This document shows positions 50,601 to 64,000 of a stretch of DNA of 64,000 nucleotides, piece by piece; positions within the stretch are counted from its first letter, which is position 1, and the number at the start of each line of letters is the position of its first letter. Origin of the DNA: Macrostomum lignano (taxonomy: Eukaryota); contig NIVC01000446.1 of assembly GCA_002269645.1 (NCBI GenBank), positions 310,001-374,000 of the forward strand, in the 5' to 3' direction. The notes under the pieces were generated by a model. The model saw nothing but the letters and a program-made list of their open reading frames with translations, had not been told where the DNA came from and did not search any database. The position numbers and the translations under genes are program-made.

Positions 50601-51150
50601 CTTATAGTTTATTCACTTTCATTCAAGCTTAATGGAAAAAATAAAGTGTCTTGCATACATTGTTACACAAAAAACTTTTATAATAAAAGGGGCATGCCCC
50701 TATGTTCAATATTTATCATTATTGTTTTCATAGATTCTCTGTAGAACCTATTATTTAGGTAATAGAAAAGTATCTAAAGAATGTCTAACATTTTAACAAT
50801 GTCTCTTTTTAATGAAAGTTTTAATGTATATCCACCAATGTCAACTTGACTTAAATTAAAAGAACCAACACACCAACTTCAAACTACTAAACTTTTAAGC
50901 TGATAACTTATCTATCATCTAAGCTCAGTCATTAGACTCTAAGACATTAGAAGCTAGGTTATATATCTTACAAGTCTTACAATCTTATACTCATGTAATG
51001 TATGCATGTTGTTTTTTATAATTATTTGTTCAGATATTAATTAGTCTCTATTTTCAAAAAACGTGACTAATAAAGTTTAGTCCATGTCATTTGATTATTA
51101 AATATAATTTTTAACTTTATAATTTCATTTTTGTAATTCAACTTTCAGGT

Positions 51151-51713
51151 ATGAATTGTGGTCACCCGCCAGGCAGCCTTGCTAAAAGGTGCCTAGCATG
51201 CTCAGAAGTGAGTTCAAATATACGAGCCAAATTCTGCTCTGAATGCGGTGAAAAGGAGAATTTTTTAATTGAATGTCGCGACTGCAAGAAACCAGCAAGG
51301 CAATGTCCGCATTCGTTTGATCGGTTTCGTAAGTCTTGCATTGATTGTTCTGAGGAATGTGAAAACCTAGCTGTAAAGTTCTGCGACAACTGCGGTGCAA
51401 AAGGAAATTTCCTAGTCTATTGCACAGCCTGCAGCACGGCCCACTCTGGCCCAGTGTCTCCAGAACAAGTGAGTTTCAGCTTTTTTAGGTAAATCATTTG
51501 TATTGCCTCTTAATAAATCTCTTCTTTCTTTATTTCTCTTTCGGAGAGGGTTGTAGACTAGTGTTGAAGCATTGGACTCACGACTTGAAGGTCGGGGGTT
51601 CAATTCTAGACCCCACTCGGAACAATTTGTGTCTTTAAGCAAGACAGCTTAACTCTGCATTGCTTCAGTTCACTCAGCTGTAAAATGGGTGCCAGCATTA
51701 GCTGAGGTAATTG

Positions 51714-51754
<41 letters not shown>

Positions 51755-54700
51755 CGACCCCCCAGTCCTTGAGAGCCTTTTCAGATTGCACATCTGGCCC
51801 AATTGGGGCGGGTGTAATCAGTTATTATTATCAAGATTATCATTATTATCATTATTTGTAATTATGTTTATTTCTAATGAACTGACGTACTGCTCTAGTT
51901 TACTAGTCAAGTGTTCTCTTATTCATCGAAACAGTCTTGGGCTATACTTGAGTAATATGTTTGAACACTGTATCTCATTTGCATTTTTCAGGTATCTGTA
52001 CAGAATACGCCAGCTACAGTTGAAAATGAGCTGCAACGCTCAGTTGATGACGTCACTCGCCCATGTCCTGCTGAGGGCGCTACTAAAAGCACTGTCGAAG
52101 CCGAATATGACAAGCAACCAGTTGAGAAGCGATCACGACTCGAACTGAAAGCATCTAAGGAGAAACGGCAACTGTCACCGTCGCCGCCATCAGCGTCTGC
52201 AGAGCAGACCACGCAGTCAGAAAGTCATCAAGAGCAGCCAGGTGACGCTAAAAAGGCTAGAGTTGATTCTGTTGACGAGCCTGTTGACGAGCCTGAGTCT
52301 GTTGCTGCCTTGAACGATGATGATTTTTGTATTATTCCGTCAGTGGCCGAGGATGCAGCGAATTCGATTAGTGATGCCGATTCAAGCGTTACTGCTAGTC
52401 AGAGCTATGCCGAATCGCACACAGAAAATGCATCTGTTGCTGTCGATGCTTGTATTCAAAGTGATGAATCATGCTCAAAAAGTGACAGAGCGGAGTTAGA
52501 TACACCTAAATTCACAAAAGAACTGCCACTTGAAGAAAATAACAAAAATGAAGAGAAGCTGTACACAGATGCCGCTAAACTAGCTGAAGAGTTAGTTGAA
52601 CCTGAAAGGGTAGATGAACAACAAAAACAACTACCGATTGAGTACTGCATTGACGACGAAGCGTCTGGGTCTTCTGAGACTAAAAAGAGTGAAAAGCTAC
52701 TAATAAAAAGTTACGAAGATAAAGACAAGCCTCCAGTCGATGTAAAAAGCTTAGAAGACTCATCTGAAGTCGAGCGCAGCCAGCCACCGCGACAATCAGA
52801 AGAAAATACCCGCGAGGACAGCGAAAAACCAAGCAGCCAAAATTCAGTTGACACTAAAGTTGTTTCCGAGCAATCAAACGATGTTCATAACATTGAACAG
52901 AGCACGCCTCCTGGAAAGCCGGATGCCCCTACGAAAACTCCACCGCCAGGAAAGTCAAAAAGCAAGATGAGCGATCCGTTGCAAACTGGCGCAAGAAATG
53001 ATGAGCAGGATAAGCTGCCCGCAGAGAACAAACTCGAAGGCGAAGAAAGGCCTAGAAATAGAAGCAGTGCTCAAAATCCAACAACCGATGCTAAAAGTGC
53101 AGACGAGACTCAACTTTCAGAGATTAAGGCCAGTGAAAAAGGCGAGCCTCCAGGAACAACGGCAGGTATAAATGTAAGCGAATCATCTAAAGGTGACAAT
53201 AGCAGCAAGTCGATTGATAGTTCCAGTGACAGAGATGATGGAAAAATAAAAAAGCCTTCATCTAAGGCCGAGATAAGTGACGAATTAGTACCTCCAGAAA
53301 AGAACGTCCATGATAAGAATGAAGAGAAGTCGACGTTTGAAAAAGCGAAAGCCACTTCAGCGTCAAAAAAGCCGAAGAAACAAGGGAACGAAAAATTGAA
53401 CGAGACAAGCAGCGAAGAAATGCAAACGGAAAGCAATCATGAACAGGACCCAGAGCCGACAACATCGGAAACCAAAACGGAAAAGATCGAAAAGGAAGCA
53501 ATTGCAGCAGTTCGTCAGTTTCTGCAGGATACTAAGACGACTCCAATTCGGTTCATGGCATTGATTTCTCTTCAATCGTTTAACACGAAAGTAGGTTCTT
53601 CCTTTGAGGTGCTGCTTAACTTTGAACACGAGTACCTTGGCGGTGGTAGAAGGGATCATTCCATTTTTATTGTGGATCAAAATGATACAAAAGTTGTTTC
53701 CCTAAAAGAACAAGAATTTCTGCTAGTATCAGCTGAATTTTACCTGCCGGCTGACCTACTTGAGTCAGGATTAAAATATGAATACGTCGTCAGGCCGATT
53801 GTAAATGCAAAAGAAAAGAGCAAAAAGCGACTAGCTGATGACGCACATCGAGTCGAGGAGCCTATTTTTCGGAGAAATCGAGTCGTAGTCTACAAACAAG
53901 ACTGTCCGACCCGTGTTCGATTCGATGGAGTTATTTTGTCAAAAAATCTGCCCGACGCTATCAGGAGAAACCGCAGTTTTTTCTGGGATCTAAATGTTGC
54001 GGCCCTGCGTGACTGCATAAGACGTGTTCTAAAAGACAGTCTTTTTCGAAGCAATATAACTGAGGTCCTATTTTCTGTGTATCAGTGCACTAAGTTCGTC
54101 TTTAACGACCACATTGGCAACGTAAATGCCGTAAGTAGTGCGTAGAAAGATATTTGCTTTAATGCGCGCATTTACTGCATGTTCACTAGTTCGTAGCAAT
54201 ACTCAGATTTCAACATACTCTTTGATAAAAACTAATTTAATACGTAGAAAAAGTAAAAGCTTGTCTAAACTTTGCAATCCACTTTCAGATGTACAAGTAT
54301 ACACTAGAATCTATCATAGCTGAGCCTGAAGACTGCGGCATAGATGGTCCAAATTCCGACACGAACATTGACGAACAGTGGCTTCAGTGGTGCAGAAAAA
54401 TGGTTGTATTACATTTCGCTGCTAGTTGCAATCAATTGTCATTCCTAGCATCAAATGCGACAAGATTAAGCGCTGATAAAACCGCCGATTTGATGGCGAT
54501 AATGCGACCTCCAAAGTCGCCACCGACTGTTAAACTTTCGAGGCATTTCTCCCCGGTTTCCAAAGGCTTCGAAGCGTAAGTGACATGATTTTGCTGTTCG
54601 AATAGAAAGAGTTACAGTTTTCAGTAAATTTTCTTAAGTTTCTCAGACACGCTGTTTAAGAATCCTTTAAAGAGTAGCGATATTTTTTTGTATTTCTATT

Positions 54701-57700
54701 TATATCAAGTCTCGAAGGTTGAGAACGTATTCTCTCAAAGGTTTTGGTTAGGCTAACACAAAAACTACTGTCTAACATGTTATGACGTTTAAGTTAGATG
54801 TAGGGTTTGAATTTGATAAATAAGGAGAATTTCAGACAACACTTTAGAACACATTACCTATCTGTTGTAACTTTTTCTTATTTTACCTGTGTTAACTAAC
54901 TGCAACAGCTCTGAAACAACTCTATGGCTGCTTGGAATCCCTAAACTTGTATAAAATTGTCTGAAGCTGAAGCAGCCTGATTTCACTTAAAAGCGTAGCG
55001 AATCGCAACTGATTCTTTTATTTAATTAAACGAATTTGTTTTTCAGCTCAATTCTCGAATCGATTTCTCGTTGCCTGCGCTGTGTGTTCGCCGCAAGTTT
55101 AACCGACTTTAAAGTCAACTATGCAATGATTATTCCAATTTTTCATCTACTGACTATGGAACCGCTTCCGTGCAGCGAGACGGTGCTCTTTGAGAAGTAT
55201 CAAATTAACCACGACGCGCTAAGCCCTGACTGGTGGGGCTTTGAAGGCATGCCACTGCGGGAGAAAGAGACGTTTACTCGTGCTATTTCTTCTGAAGATA
55301 AGTAAGTAAATCGAATGTACGAAATGATCTCAATTTACTTGACTTTTCTTGACGTATGAAGCAATAAAGCATGCCATTAGATGAATTTTTAGTTTCTAAG
55401 AGTATAGAGTTTGTTAAACCATATTTAACTACCGGTAGCACACACTATAATAATATATACTTTTACGAAGAAATCCACATACAGTTTGATTTCCTTTTTA
55501 AAAACGAAAAAACACGTTTATTGCCTTGTGCCTATTGTAGATGGCAGCTTCTCTCTAACGTTGGTAAATTGTTCGCCGAACTCTCGCCCATTGATCGCCT
55601 GTTGCCTCGATTTTGGGTCGCATTGGTGGGACGGACAACAAGTCTTAACGTGCTTCCGCTAAACTGGATCCCTCTGGAAGTGAAACTGGCAAAAATGTTT
55701 AACGTGTTCTGCACTGGTAATGTCAGTCAGTCGGGTTTGGTTACTCTGCACGTGAGTAAACAGTTTCGACAATGTGAAAGTTTGAGCTATGAAGCTATGA
55801 AGCTTCGAGCTTGTGAAGTTTCGAGCTTGTGAAGTTTCGAGCTTGTGAAGTTTCGAGCTTGTGAAGTTTCGAGCTTGTGAAGTTTCGAGCTTGTGAAGTT
55901 TCGAGCTTGTGAAGTTTCGAGCTTGTGAAGTTTCGAGCTTGTGAAGTTTCGAGCTTGTGAAGTTTCGAGCTTGTGAAGTTTCGAGCTTGTGAAGTTTCGA
56001 GCTTGTGAAGTTTCGAGCTTGTGAAGTTTCGAGCTTGTGAAGTTTCGAGCTTGTGAAGTTTCGAGCTTGTCAAGTTTCGAGCTTTTGAAGCTTCGAGCTT
56101 GTGAAGTTTCGAGCTTGTGAAGTTTCGAGCTTGTGAAGTTTCGAGCTTGTGAAGTTTCGAGCTTGTGAAGTTTCGAGCTTGTGAAGTTTCGAGCTTGTGA
56201 AGTTTCGAGCTTGTCAAGTTTCGAGCTTGTGAAGTTTCGAGCTTGTGAAGTTTCGAGCTTGTGAAGTTTCGAGCTTGTGAAGTTTCGAGCTTGTGAAGTT
56301 TCGAGCTTGTGAAGTTTCGAGCTTGTGAAGTTTCGAGCTTGTGAAGTTTCGAGCTTGTGAAGTTTTGAGCTTGTGAAGTTTCGAGCTTGTGAAGTTTCGA
56401 GCTTGTGAAGTTTCGAGCTTGTACGCTTATACGCTCGTATAAGCTATATAAGCGTTTCGTACGAAATGCTCCCATCCAAGCGTTACTGAGTGAAATCCAT
56501 CGAACTAAAAAACCACCAGGAATCTAAAATCGTCACATTTAATTGTACGAGTAGTTAGAATCGCTGTTAAAATCCCACGAATAAACCCAGATTTCGGGGT
56601 GGATTCCTACAGTGGAATGCAATTTCAATGACATTCCTTGTAGCTCGTATTAGAATTGTTGGTAAATTCCACTCAATAGATCTCCGTAAGGATTGATTCT
56701 TGTGGCTTTTTGGATCTTATTTATTTATTTATTGGTGGAACTCCTTTTCACGTGTTTTTGTACTGTATACAGAGAAATATTCATATAATTGTTTGTCTAA
56801 TATCTTTTTTTCCAAATCCTCTCAGGCCTTTTTGTCGAGTGGCGATACGCTGGAACAACTTGGTGGTTTGGAGTCTACTTCTTTAGAACAGTGTCTCTGC
56901 ATCAGCATCCAACTAACCAGGACTCTCGCATTAAGACAGGATTTGCCTCACGTATTAAGCCGCTCCAATGAATTTTTTGCTGCATGCGTTGCGGGCACTT
57001 GTCTGTTTCTGCGCAGCACGTCAGTTGTCAAGCAGCGCGGCTTCGAGACTATGTCGGCCATGCTTCGTGGAGGTGGCATGTCTAAACTAATTTCAAACTT
57101 TGAAACCATTCTACAGTCATTGATAATTTGCTTTCGAAATGTGTCAAATGACCGCATTAGCATGGTTGTTCAGGTAAGTTATTCGTTTCTGATTTATTTC
57201 AAATCCGTTTTATAAAATTGAAGATTAGGAAAATAAGTTTGTGCCGATAGTTGGTGTCGCTAGTGGATGCAGGGTGTCGCTAGTTTGTATCGCTAGTTGA
57301 TGTCGCTAGTCTATGTCGCTAGTTGGGGTCGCTAGTAGGTGTCTGTAGTTGGTGTCGCTAATTGGTGTCGCTAGTGGGTGTCGCTAGTTGGTGTCGCTAG
57401 TTGGTGTCGCTGTGGTTGTCGCTAGTGGGTGTCGCTACGAGCGTAGTTGGTGTCGCTAATTGGTGTCGCTAGTGGGTGTCGCTAGTTGGTGTCGCTAGTT
57501 GGTGTCGCTGTGGTTGTCGCTAGTGGGTGTCGCTACGAGCGTAGTTGGTGTCGCTAATTGGTGTCGCTAGTGGGTGTCGCTAATTGGTGTCGCTAGTTGG
57601 TGTCGCTGGTGGGTGTCGCTACGAGCGTAGTGGGTGTCGCTAGTAGTGGTGTCGCTAATTGGTGTCGCTAGTTGGTGTCGCTAGTTGGTGTCGCTAGTGG

Positions 57701-60700
57701 GTGTCGCTAGTGGGTGTCGCTAGTGGGTGTCGCTACGAGCGTAGTTGGTGTCGCTAATTGGTGTCGCTAATTGGTGTCGCTAGTGGTGTCGCTAGTTGGT
57801 GTCGCTAGTTGGTGTCGCTGTGGGTGTCGCTAGTGGGTGTCGCTACGAGCGTAGTTGGTGTCGCTAATTGGTGTCGCTAGTTGGTGTCGCTAGTGGGTGT
57901 CGCTAGTTGGTGTCGCTAATTGGTGTCGCTAGTGGGTGTCGCTAGTGGGTGTCGCTAGTTGGTGTCGCTAATTGGTGTTGCTAGTTGGTGTCGCTAGTTG
58001 GTGTCGCTAGTGGGTGTCGCTACGAGCGTAGTTGGTGTCGCTAATTGGTGTCGCTAGGTGTCGCTAGTGGTGTCGCTAGTTGGTGTCGCTAATTGGTGTC
58101 GCTAGTGGGTGTCGCTAGTTGGTGTCGCTAATTGGTGTCGCTAATTGGTGTCGCTAGTTGGTGTCGCTAGTTGCTAGTTGGTGTCGCTGTGGGTGTCGCT
58201 AGTGGGTGTCGCTACGAGCGTAGTTGGTGTCGCTAATTGGTGTCGCTAATTGGTGTCGCTAGTGGGTGTCGCTAGTTGGTGTCGCTAATTGGTGTCGCTA
58301 GTTGGTGTCGCTAGTGGTGTCGCTAATTGGTGTCGCTAATTGGTGTCGCTAGTTGGTGTCGCTAGTTGGTGTCGCTAGTTGGTGTCGCTGTGGGTGTCGC
58401 TAGTGGGTGTCGCTAGTAGTTGGTGTCGCTAATTGGTGTCGCTAATTGGTGTCGCTAGTGGGTGTCGCTAGTTGGTGTCGCTAATTGGTGTCGCTAGTGG
58501 GTGTCGCTAGTGGGTGTCGCTAGTTGGTGTCGCTAGTGGGTGTCGCTAGTTGGTGTCGCTAGTGGGTGTCGCTAGTTAGCGGCTAATGGGTGTCGTAAGC
58601 TAAAAAACAGATAAAAATGAGTTTGTTAGTAGCAAAAGCATCAAGCACACAAAATATCTTAAAATATATTAATTGTACCAACTATCTACACCTTCAAATG
58701 ACTGACTAGTCTGATCACAAAATGCATCGTAAATCTCTGCTTTTAATTTTCAGCTGTATAACAGCATTTTCGTTGAATTGAAACATTTTGGCGCTGATGG
58801 CCTATCCGAGTTTGAGGATCTTGCTGTTGAAGGCCTCAAAAGGCTTCTTTTCAATCAGCAGCTGGTAAGTTTTGTTTAATAATTCGTGTCTTTTGACTTC
58901 AACAATATTCAGTTGAGAGTTAGCTCGTACAATATAGCCAAATATTAACGTTATCAAATAAATTTTAGAATAACATCGTGGCGCTTTTCGAAGATCAAAC
59001 GGTACTAAATCAGCTTGAACTTAGAACATCGGAGGTGTTGCTCATGATTGTCTTTGAAAAGATGGAGCATGCCAGTTTCTCGGAGGTAGGGAAATGTACT
59101 TTTATATTTCACTGCTGTTGTTTATTCCAAATGCATTTCCAGACCATTTTTACAAAAGCCCTAGTTTGTCAATCAACTATCCGATTTCTCAACTGTTTCT
59201 ATTTACCCGCCCGCAGCTCGGCCTCATCAACTTTGTAGGCAATATGCTCACAGGCTCGTACAAAAGGATGCAGTCGCGAAAGCTAGGCACTGTCATATCT
59301 AAACTTGTGCACAGCGTCTACGAAAAATTCATTCCAATGGCCTCGGAACTCAAGACCGATGTACACCTATTAATGGCTCTGGAGTGGCCGCTGTCCTCTT
59401 TTCTGCTGAGCAGTATTAGTGAGTTAAAATATTCATAATGAATAACCCACTGTACGTTTAAACTGTGATGACAATGCTGGCTGAAAAATCTTATCCTTAC
59501 TTATTGTCAATCGCTTGCTCAGAGGAGAAGCAGTTCAGCAGCCTGCTAGACAATGACAGCCGCGGCATACTCGAAGCCGGCGGCCGACAGGCGACCCGCC
59601 TGTTGGAACAGTTGCGCAACTCGCCTGCCAGCATAGTCTATGGCCAGATTGAGTTTATCAGCTCTCGGAAGGACAATATTGCCGGCTTACAGACTGTGCT
59701 AGGCTTTGAACTCAATCTGGATGACTGCGTCGGCCTACTGCAGGAGCGTAAAGCTGCGTTTGACAAAATGAAAGACGTCGTTGCGGCACTGGTGGCTTAC
59801 TTCAAAAATGTTTTGGATCTGAAACTGCGTAAGTTTTGTTTTGTTGTATATCTTGCAAGTTTTCTGCTTTTTTTCTGTAGCAGAAAAATCAATGTAGCTC
59901 ATCTGGACTTCCGAAAATTGTATTTCTGGAGAGTCGGAGACCTCAAAGTAGACTATGTATTTAATTAGAGGAACCTCTAAGGGGAACCTCTGAGAAGAAA
60001 CCTCTGAGTGGAACCTCCAAGGGGAACCTCTGAGCGGAACCTCTAAGGGGAACCTCTGAGAAGAAACCTCTAAGGGGAACCTCTGAGCGGAACCTCTAAG
60101 GGGAACCTCTGAGAAGAAACCTCTAAGGGGAACCTCTGAGGGGAACCTCTGAGGGGAACCTCTGAAAAGAAACCTCTAAGTTGAACATCTGTGCGGAACC
60201 TCTGAGGGGAACCTCTGAGAAGAAACCTCTAAGCGGAACCTCTAAGGGGAACCTCTGAGCGGAACCTCTGAGGGAAACCTCTGAGAAGAAACCTCTAAGG
60301 GGAACCTCTGAGCGGAACCTCTAAGGGAAACCTCTGAGAAGAAACCTCTAAGGGGAACCTCTGAGCGGAACCTCTAAGGGGAACCTCTGAGAAGAAACCT
60401 CTAAGGGGAACCTCTGAGGGGAACCTCTGAAAAGAAACCTCTGAGTGGAACCTCCAAGGGGAACCTCTGAGCGGAACCTCTAAGGGGAACCTCTGAGAAG
60501 AAACCTCTAAGGGGAACCTCTGAGGGGAACCTCTGAGGGGAACCTCTGAAAAGAAACCTCTAAGTTGAACATCTGTGCGGAACCTCTGAGGGGAACCTCT
60601 GAGAAGAAACCTCTAAGCGGAACCTCTGAGGGGAACCTCTGAATAGAACCTCTGAGCGGAACCTCTGAGCGGAACCTCTAAGGGGAACCTCTGAGCGGAA

Positions 60701-63547
60701 CCTCTGAGGGAAACCTCTGAGAAGAAACCTCTAAGGGGAACCTCTGAGCGGAACCTCTAAGGGGAACCTCTGAGAAGAAACCTCTAAGGGGAACCTCTGA
60801 GGGGAACCTCTGAGGGGAACCTCTGAAAAGAAACCTCTAAGTTGAACCTCTGAGCGGAACCTCTGAGGGGAACCTCTGAGGGGAACCTCTGAGAAGAAAC
60901 CTCTAAGGGGAACCTCTGAGCGGAACCTCTGAGGGGAACCTCTGAGCGGAACCTCTAAGTGGAACCACTAAGTGGAACCTCTGAGCGGAACCTCTAAGGG
61001 GAACCACTAAGTGGAACCCCTAACCCCCATTTTAGACACATACGAGTATGCATATTGGAAGTCCTGATTTGTGTTGGGAGATATTGTCAATTTTCAAGTT
61101 TCCATCTCGCTAATCTCCTTAACCTCAAAAGCACGCAGAGAGAGTACATGCCTGACGATTTGACAGTCGAAAGGGCAGCTGTACACCCTGTGTGAGCGTG
61201 TATATGAGTGCGTGCCTGTGTGTACATTTTTGGTGCGCTTGTATGTGCTTGGAATGGACAGATTTGCGGAAGACGTTGCGCTAAGGTGCCCGCAGCCCTA
61301 CCTGTAAATATTATTATGTTGCTGTTTAAAATGAAGCCATGCACATGATTTCACAAATTCGAATTAGTGAATCTGGCCTCACTGACCAGCCTGATGGAGA
61401 AGCAGCGTCTCAGTCAGACGGAAATCGGTCAACTGGTTGCCTGGCCCGGCGGCACTGCGGAGCCCTACGACTTGGCTTATTTTAAACTGGAGAACCAGAG
61501 AGAGGCTCTCTGCCGCCTGTTGCCGCTGTTAGATGTTCTACGCGATAGTGCAACATTCTCTCGAATGCTGAGAACTAGAGCTGAGGCCCAAGCCAGGGCT
61601 TCTGCTGGTTCCGCGACTGCTAAGCTGACCGCTGATGCCCTGATAGCTTGCGCTGATGCTGTACTTACAGAGTGGCTAGCCAAGATTGACACAATGAAGA
61701 GCGGCACTATAACTATTGGTGAGATCAACCAATTTCTTGGCCAACGTCTGGTCAGCGGAGATCCGGACGCGCGATCTCGTCTAGCTAGAGAGTTTCGCGC
61801 CTTCGCTCTGGGCAACGAACAGGAGATGTCAGCGTGGGCTCGCACCTGCCTACAGAAAGTTGAATCGTTTAACAAATTGGCCAAGTACGCCCGGGTGGCC
61901 CAGCTTATTCAGAAAATCTATGAAAAATATCAGCTCTTCGGCGACCTGACTGCCCTTGACACCGTGATGCAGAGTAGCGGCGATAATCGCAGCATACCGC
62001 TGTCGCAGCTGCGCGCCGCCGATCTTAGCGACTACGATCAGCTGGAAGATATCTCGGCTAATGAGCACTGTCTGGCTTCTTTGGAGGCGTTCGCTTCTTG
62101 TAGGGAAATTGTTTATTGGATTAGGTAAGTTAATAATTGATTTTTAAATGTTTTTATATGAGAAATCGATCAATAGCCTATTCATAGTTTGTAGGATGTA
62201 ATAGTAGTTGTCCTGAGATCCCATCCTAACTTGTCCCGAGATCCCGTCTGAACTTGTCCCGTTGTCCCGAGATCCCGTCTGAACTTGTCCCGTTGTCCCG
62301 AGATCCCGTCTGAACTTGTCCCGTTGTCCCGAGATCCCGTCTGAACTTGTCCCGTTGTCCCGAGATCCCGTCTGAACTTGTCCCGTTGTCCCGAGATCCC
62401 GTCTGAACTTGTCCCGTTGTCCCGAGATCCCGTCTGAACTTGTCCCGTTGTCCCGAGATCCCGTCTGAACTTGTCCCGTTGTCCCGAGATCCCGTCTGAA
62501 CTTGTCCCGTTGTCCCGAGATCCCGTCTGAACTTGTCCCGTTGTCCCGAGATCCCGTCTGAACTTGTCCCGTTGTCCCGAGATCCCGTCTGAACTTGTCC
62601 CGGGATCCCGTTCTAACTTGTCCAGAGATCCCGTCTGAACTTGTCCTAAGATCCCGTCCCAACTTGTCCAGAGATCCCGTCATAACTTGTCCTAAGATCC
62701 CGTCCCAACTTGTTCCGAGATCCCGTCATAACTTGTCTCGAGTTTCATGTCATTGCGCATCTCGAGATCCCACTCCAAATTGTCCTGAGATCCGTTCCGA
62801 CTTATCAAAAGGCCCTTCAGTACCCTCAGAGATTAAGCAGTTGCTTTGAAAATGTTACGGCAGCTCTTAAGCTACGCTTGAGTCAATAAAAAATCTGTTT
62901 ACTTACCATTTAATTGACTCCTGTTCATGTTCGGTGCTCTTACGTCCTGATCTCTAAGCTAAGCTGCATACCGAAGGAAAATAGCTGCAAATTTTATCTG
63001 TTGGAAAAGATGTACTTTAAAACATACTAGGTCATTCTTAATACCCTGCTCCTGAGGCCGAAAAAACCGAGGAAGGAAAGGAAATTTTAGCTGCCACCTT
63101 AAATTTTAGTGACAATGCGCAGGCAAACTACTTAAGACAGACTTAGACGCTATATTAAAGTACTGTTAAAGATGAATCAACTGTTCCAGCTTTCCACTTT
63201 CATATTTATTTATACCATCTATGCTTGATTTTTGAATACCAAACTAATGCAGGGAAAACATTCCCAAAGCCGATCTAAAAACGTTTTTCGACCTGGCCAT
63301 GATCTACGTCGGCGACGCTGGCGATATGGAGCAGAAACGGGTGGAAAATTTCTACCAAGCCGCTCAAGGCTTCGATTCTCTAATCTACGATATGCTGAGC
63401 GAGCGCTCCCAGCCAATCAGCTTGAATCATTTTCTGCGCCGCTGCGACCGGCCATTCACCAGCGCCAATGCCGATCACAGTCTGCCAGGGAAACTGCGCG
63501 ATGCCGGTAGCAAAGTTGGCTGGTTTAAGACTATCAAAGAGAGTCAG
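51151..63547 (+). CDS. RNF213: RNF213-like (mysterin) giant protein, 5' part, ~1782 aa in window, continues beyond; exons 51151-51468, 51992-54130, 54289-54575, 55047-55301, 55541-55751, 56826-57173, 58754-58864, 58969-59085, 59217-59418, 59523-59828, 61368-62124, 63253-63547
   Basis: N-terminal KFCSECG zinc ribbons, acidic linker, LKYEYVV..NR region, IPIFHLL...WWGFEG, and CREIVYWIR/ENIP..DLKTFFDLAMI...KRVENFYQAAQGFDSLIY resembling RNF213 just before the AAA+ region. All 11 introns are GT-AG and phase-compatible. Confidence 0.82.
51546..51855 (+). mobile_element. SINE family A copy with (GT)n expansion (RNF213 intron 1)
   Basis: Head GGGTTGTAGACTAGTG...GGTTCAATTC, CORE-like centre, TTA-rich tail. 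Confidence 0.85.
55790..56473. repeat. Homogeneous 16-bp minisatellite (TGTGAAGTTTCGAGCT), RNF213 intron 5
   Basis: About 38 nearly perfect units; the unit is related to the GALE intron-2 array. Confidence 0.95.
57250..58590. repeat. 13-bp minisatellite (GGTGTCGCTAGTT/TG), RNF213 intron 6
   Basis: About 1.3 kb of tandem variant units with a recurring CTACGAGCGTAG interruption. Confidence 0.95.
59968..61028. repeat. 13-bp minisatellite (GAACCTCTGAGGG), RNF213 intron 10
   Basis: About 1 kb of tandem variants with higher-order structure. Confidence 0.95.
61110..61320 (+). mobile_element. SINE family B 3' portion (RNF213 intron 10)
   Basis: TGCCTGACGATTTGACAG...GCTGTACACCCTGTGTGAGCGTG family body. 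Confidence 0.7.
62200..62815. repeat. 31-bp minisatellite (TGTCCCGAGATCCCGTCTGAACTTGTCCCGT), RNF213 intron 11
   Basis: About 12 perfect units plus degenerate flanks. Confidence 0.95.
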
Positions 63548-63574
63548 GTGTGTACAACCGAGTTGATGTATTTT

Positions 63575-63745
63575 AGTTAATTGTTTCGCATCTGAAGGCT
63601 GCGTACGGCTGTTCAGTCTTAGGACTGGGGGGTCGCTACACACACACACCCTCAATTACCCCAGCTAATGCTGACACCCATTTTACAGCTGGGTGAACTG
63701 AAGCAATGCAGATAAAAGTGTCTTTCTCAAGGACAAATTGTTCCC
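63575..63745 (-). mobile_element. SINE family A, truncated (RNF213 intron 12)
   Basis: GAAGGCTGCGTACGGCTGTTCAGTC...CATTTTACAGCTGGGTGAACTGAAGCAATGC matches family A. Confidence 0.8.
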
Positions 63746-64000
63746 ATGGTTGCATATATACTATAAAAATAAAGGCAGCTGAAATGACTTTCATAAGTTT
63801 AAATAAAAGCCCAAAAAGCTTGCAGGCGTAAACAACTTGCTAATTAGTTCAGCAATAATGTACATTGGCCAGTCCACTGAAATGTACATGGCCGCTTTAG
63901 GCTGGAATTCCGAGAAAGGCAATAAAAATTGGACCGGTGCGAGGGATAGTGTGAAAAGGCGCTGTTTAAGCTCTGGGGGTAAGAGCCAATAAAATGAGCC

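Noticed and set aside
57250-61028. CRISPR-like arrays
   Set aside because: Head-to-tail repeats with no unique spacers, no cas genes, and a eukaryotic intronic context.
61015-61030. Telomere-like CCCTAACCC
   Set aside because: Single unit at the end of a minisatellite, not an array.

Overview
Eukaryotic (metazoan) genomic DNA with GT-AG introns. There is no CRISPR array, rRNA or prokaryotic system. The combination of moderate GC, Ser/Ala/Gln-rich proteins and large intronic minisatellites suggests a free-living flatworm such as Macrostomum (inference only). Seven host genes lie on the + strand: GALE (3 exons), POLR3D/RPC4 (3 exons), GCNA/ACRC (single exon), BAP1-like UCH, an unassigned coiled-coil gene, an sFRP with an Arg-rich tail, and the first 12 coding exons of an RNF213-like gene that continues past the window. 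Mobile DNA is dense. It includes two inverted copies of a ~2.2-kb solo-LTR-like element, each with its own 4-bp TSD and AP-1/CRE/CCAAT/TATA motifs. A 766-bp foldback element with a 9-bp TSD splits a C-type lectin exon. Two nested RTE-clade LINEs are present, one with an inverted 5' segment. There are also a decayed Ngaro/DIRS-like gag-RT, mariner remnants, two tRNA-derived SINE families and many different minisatellites. The best leads are the foldback-arm origin of intronic minisatellites, the 5'-inverted RTE nest, the possible trans-spliced co-oriented gene cluster, and unassigned decayed ORFs at 29-31 kb. Exon models were derived by hand from splice sites and checked for frame continuity. 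Family assignments rest on recognised motifs, not database searches.
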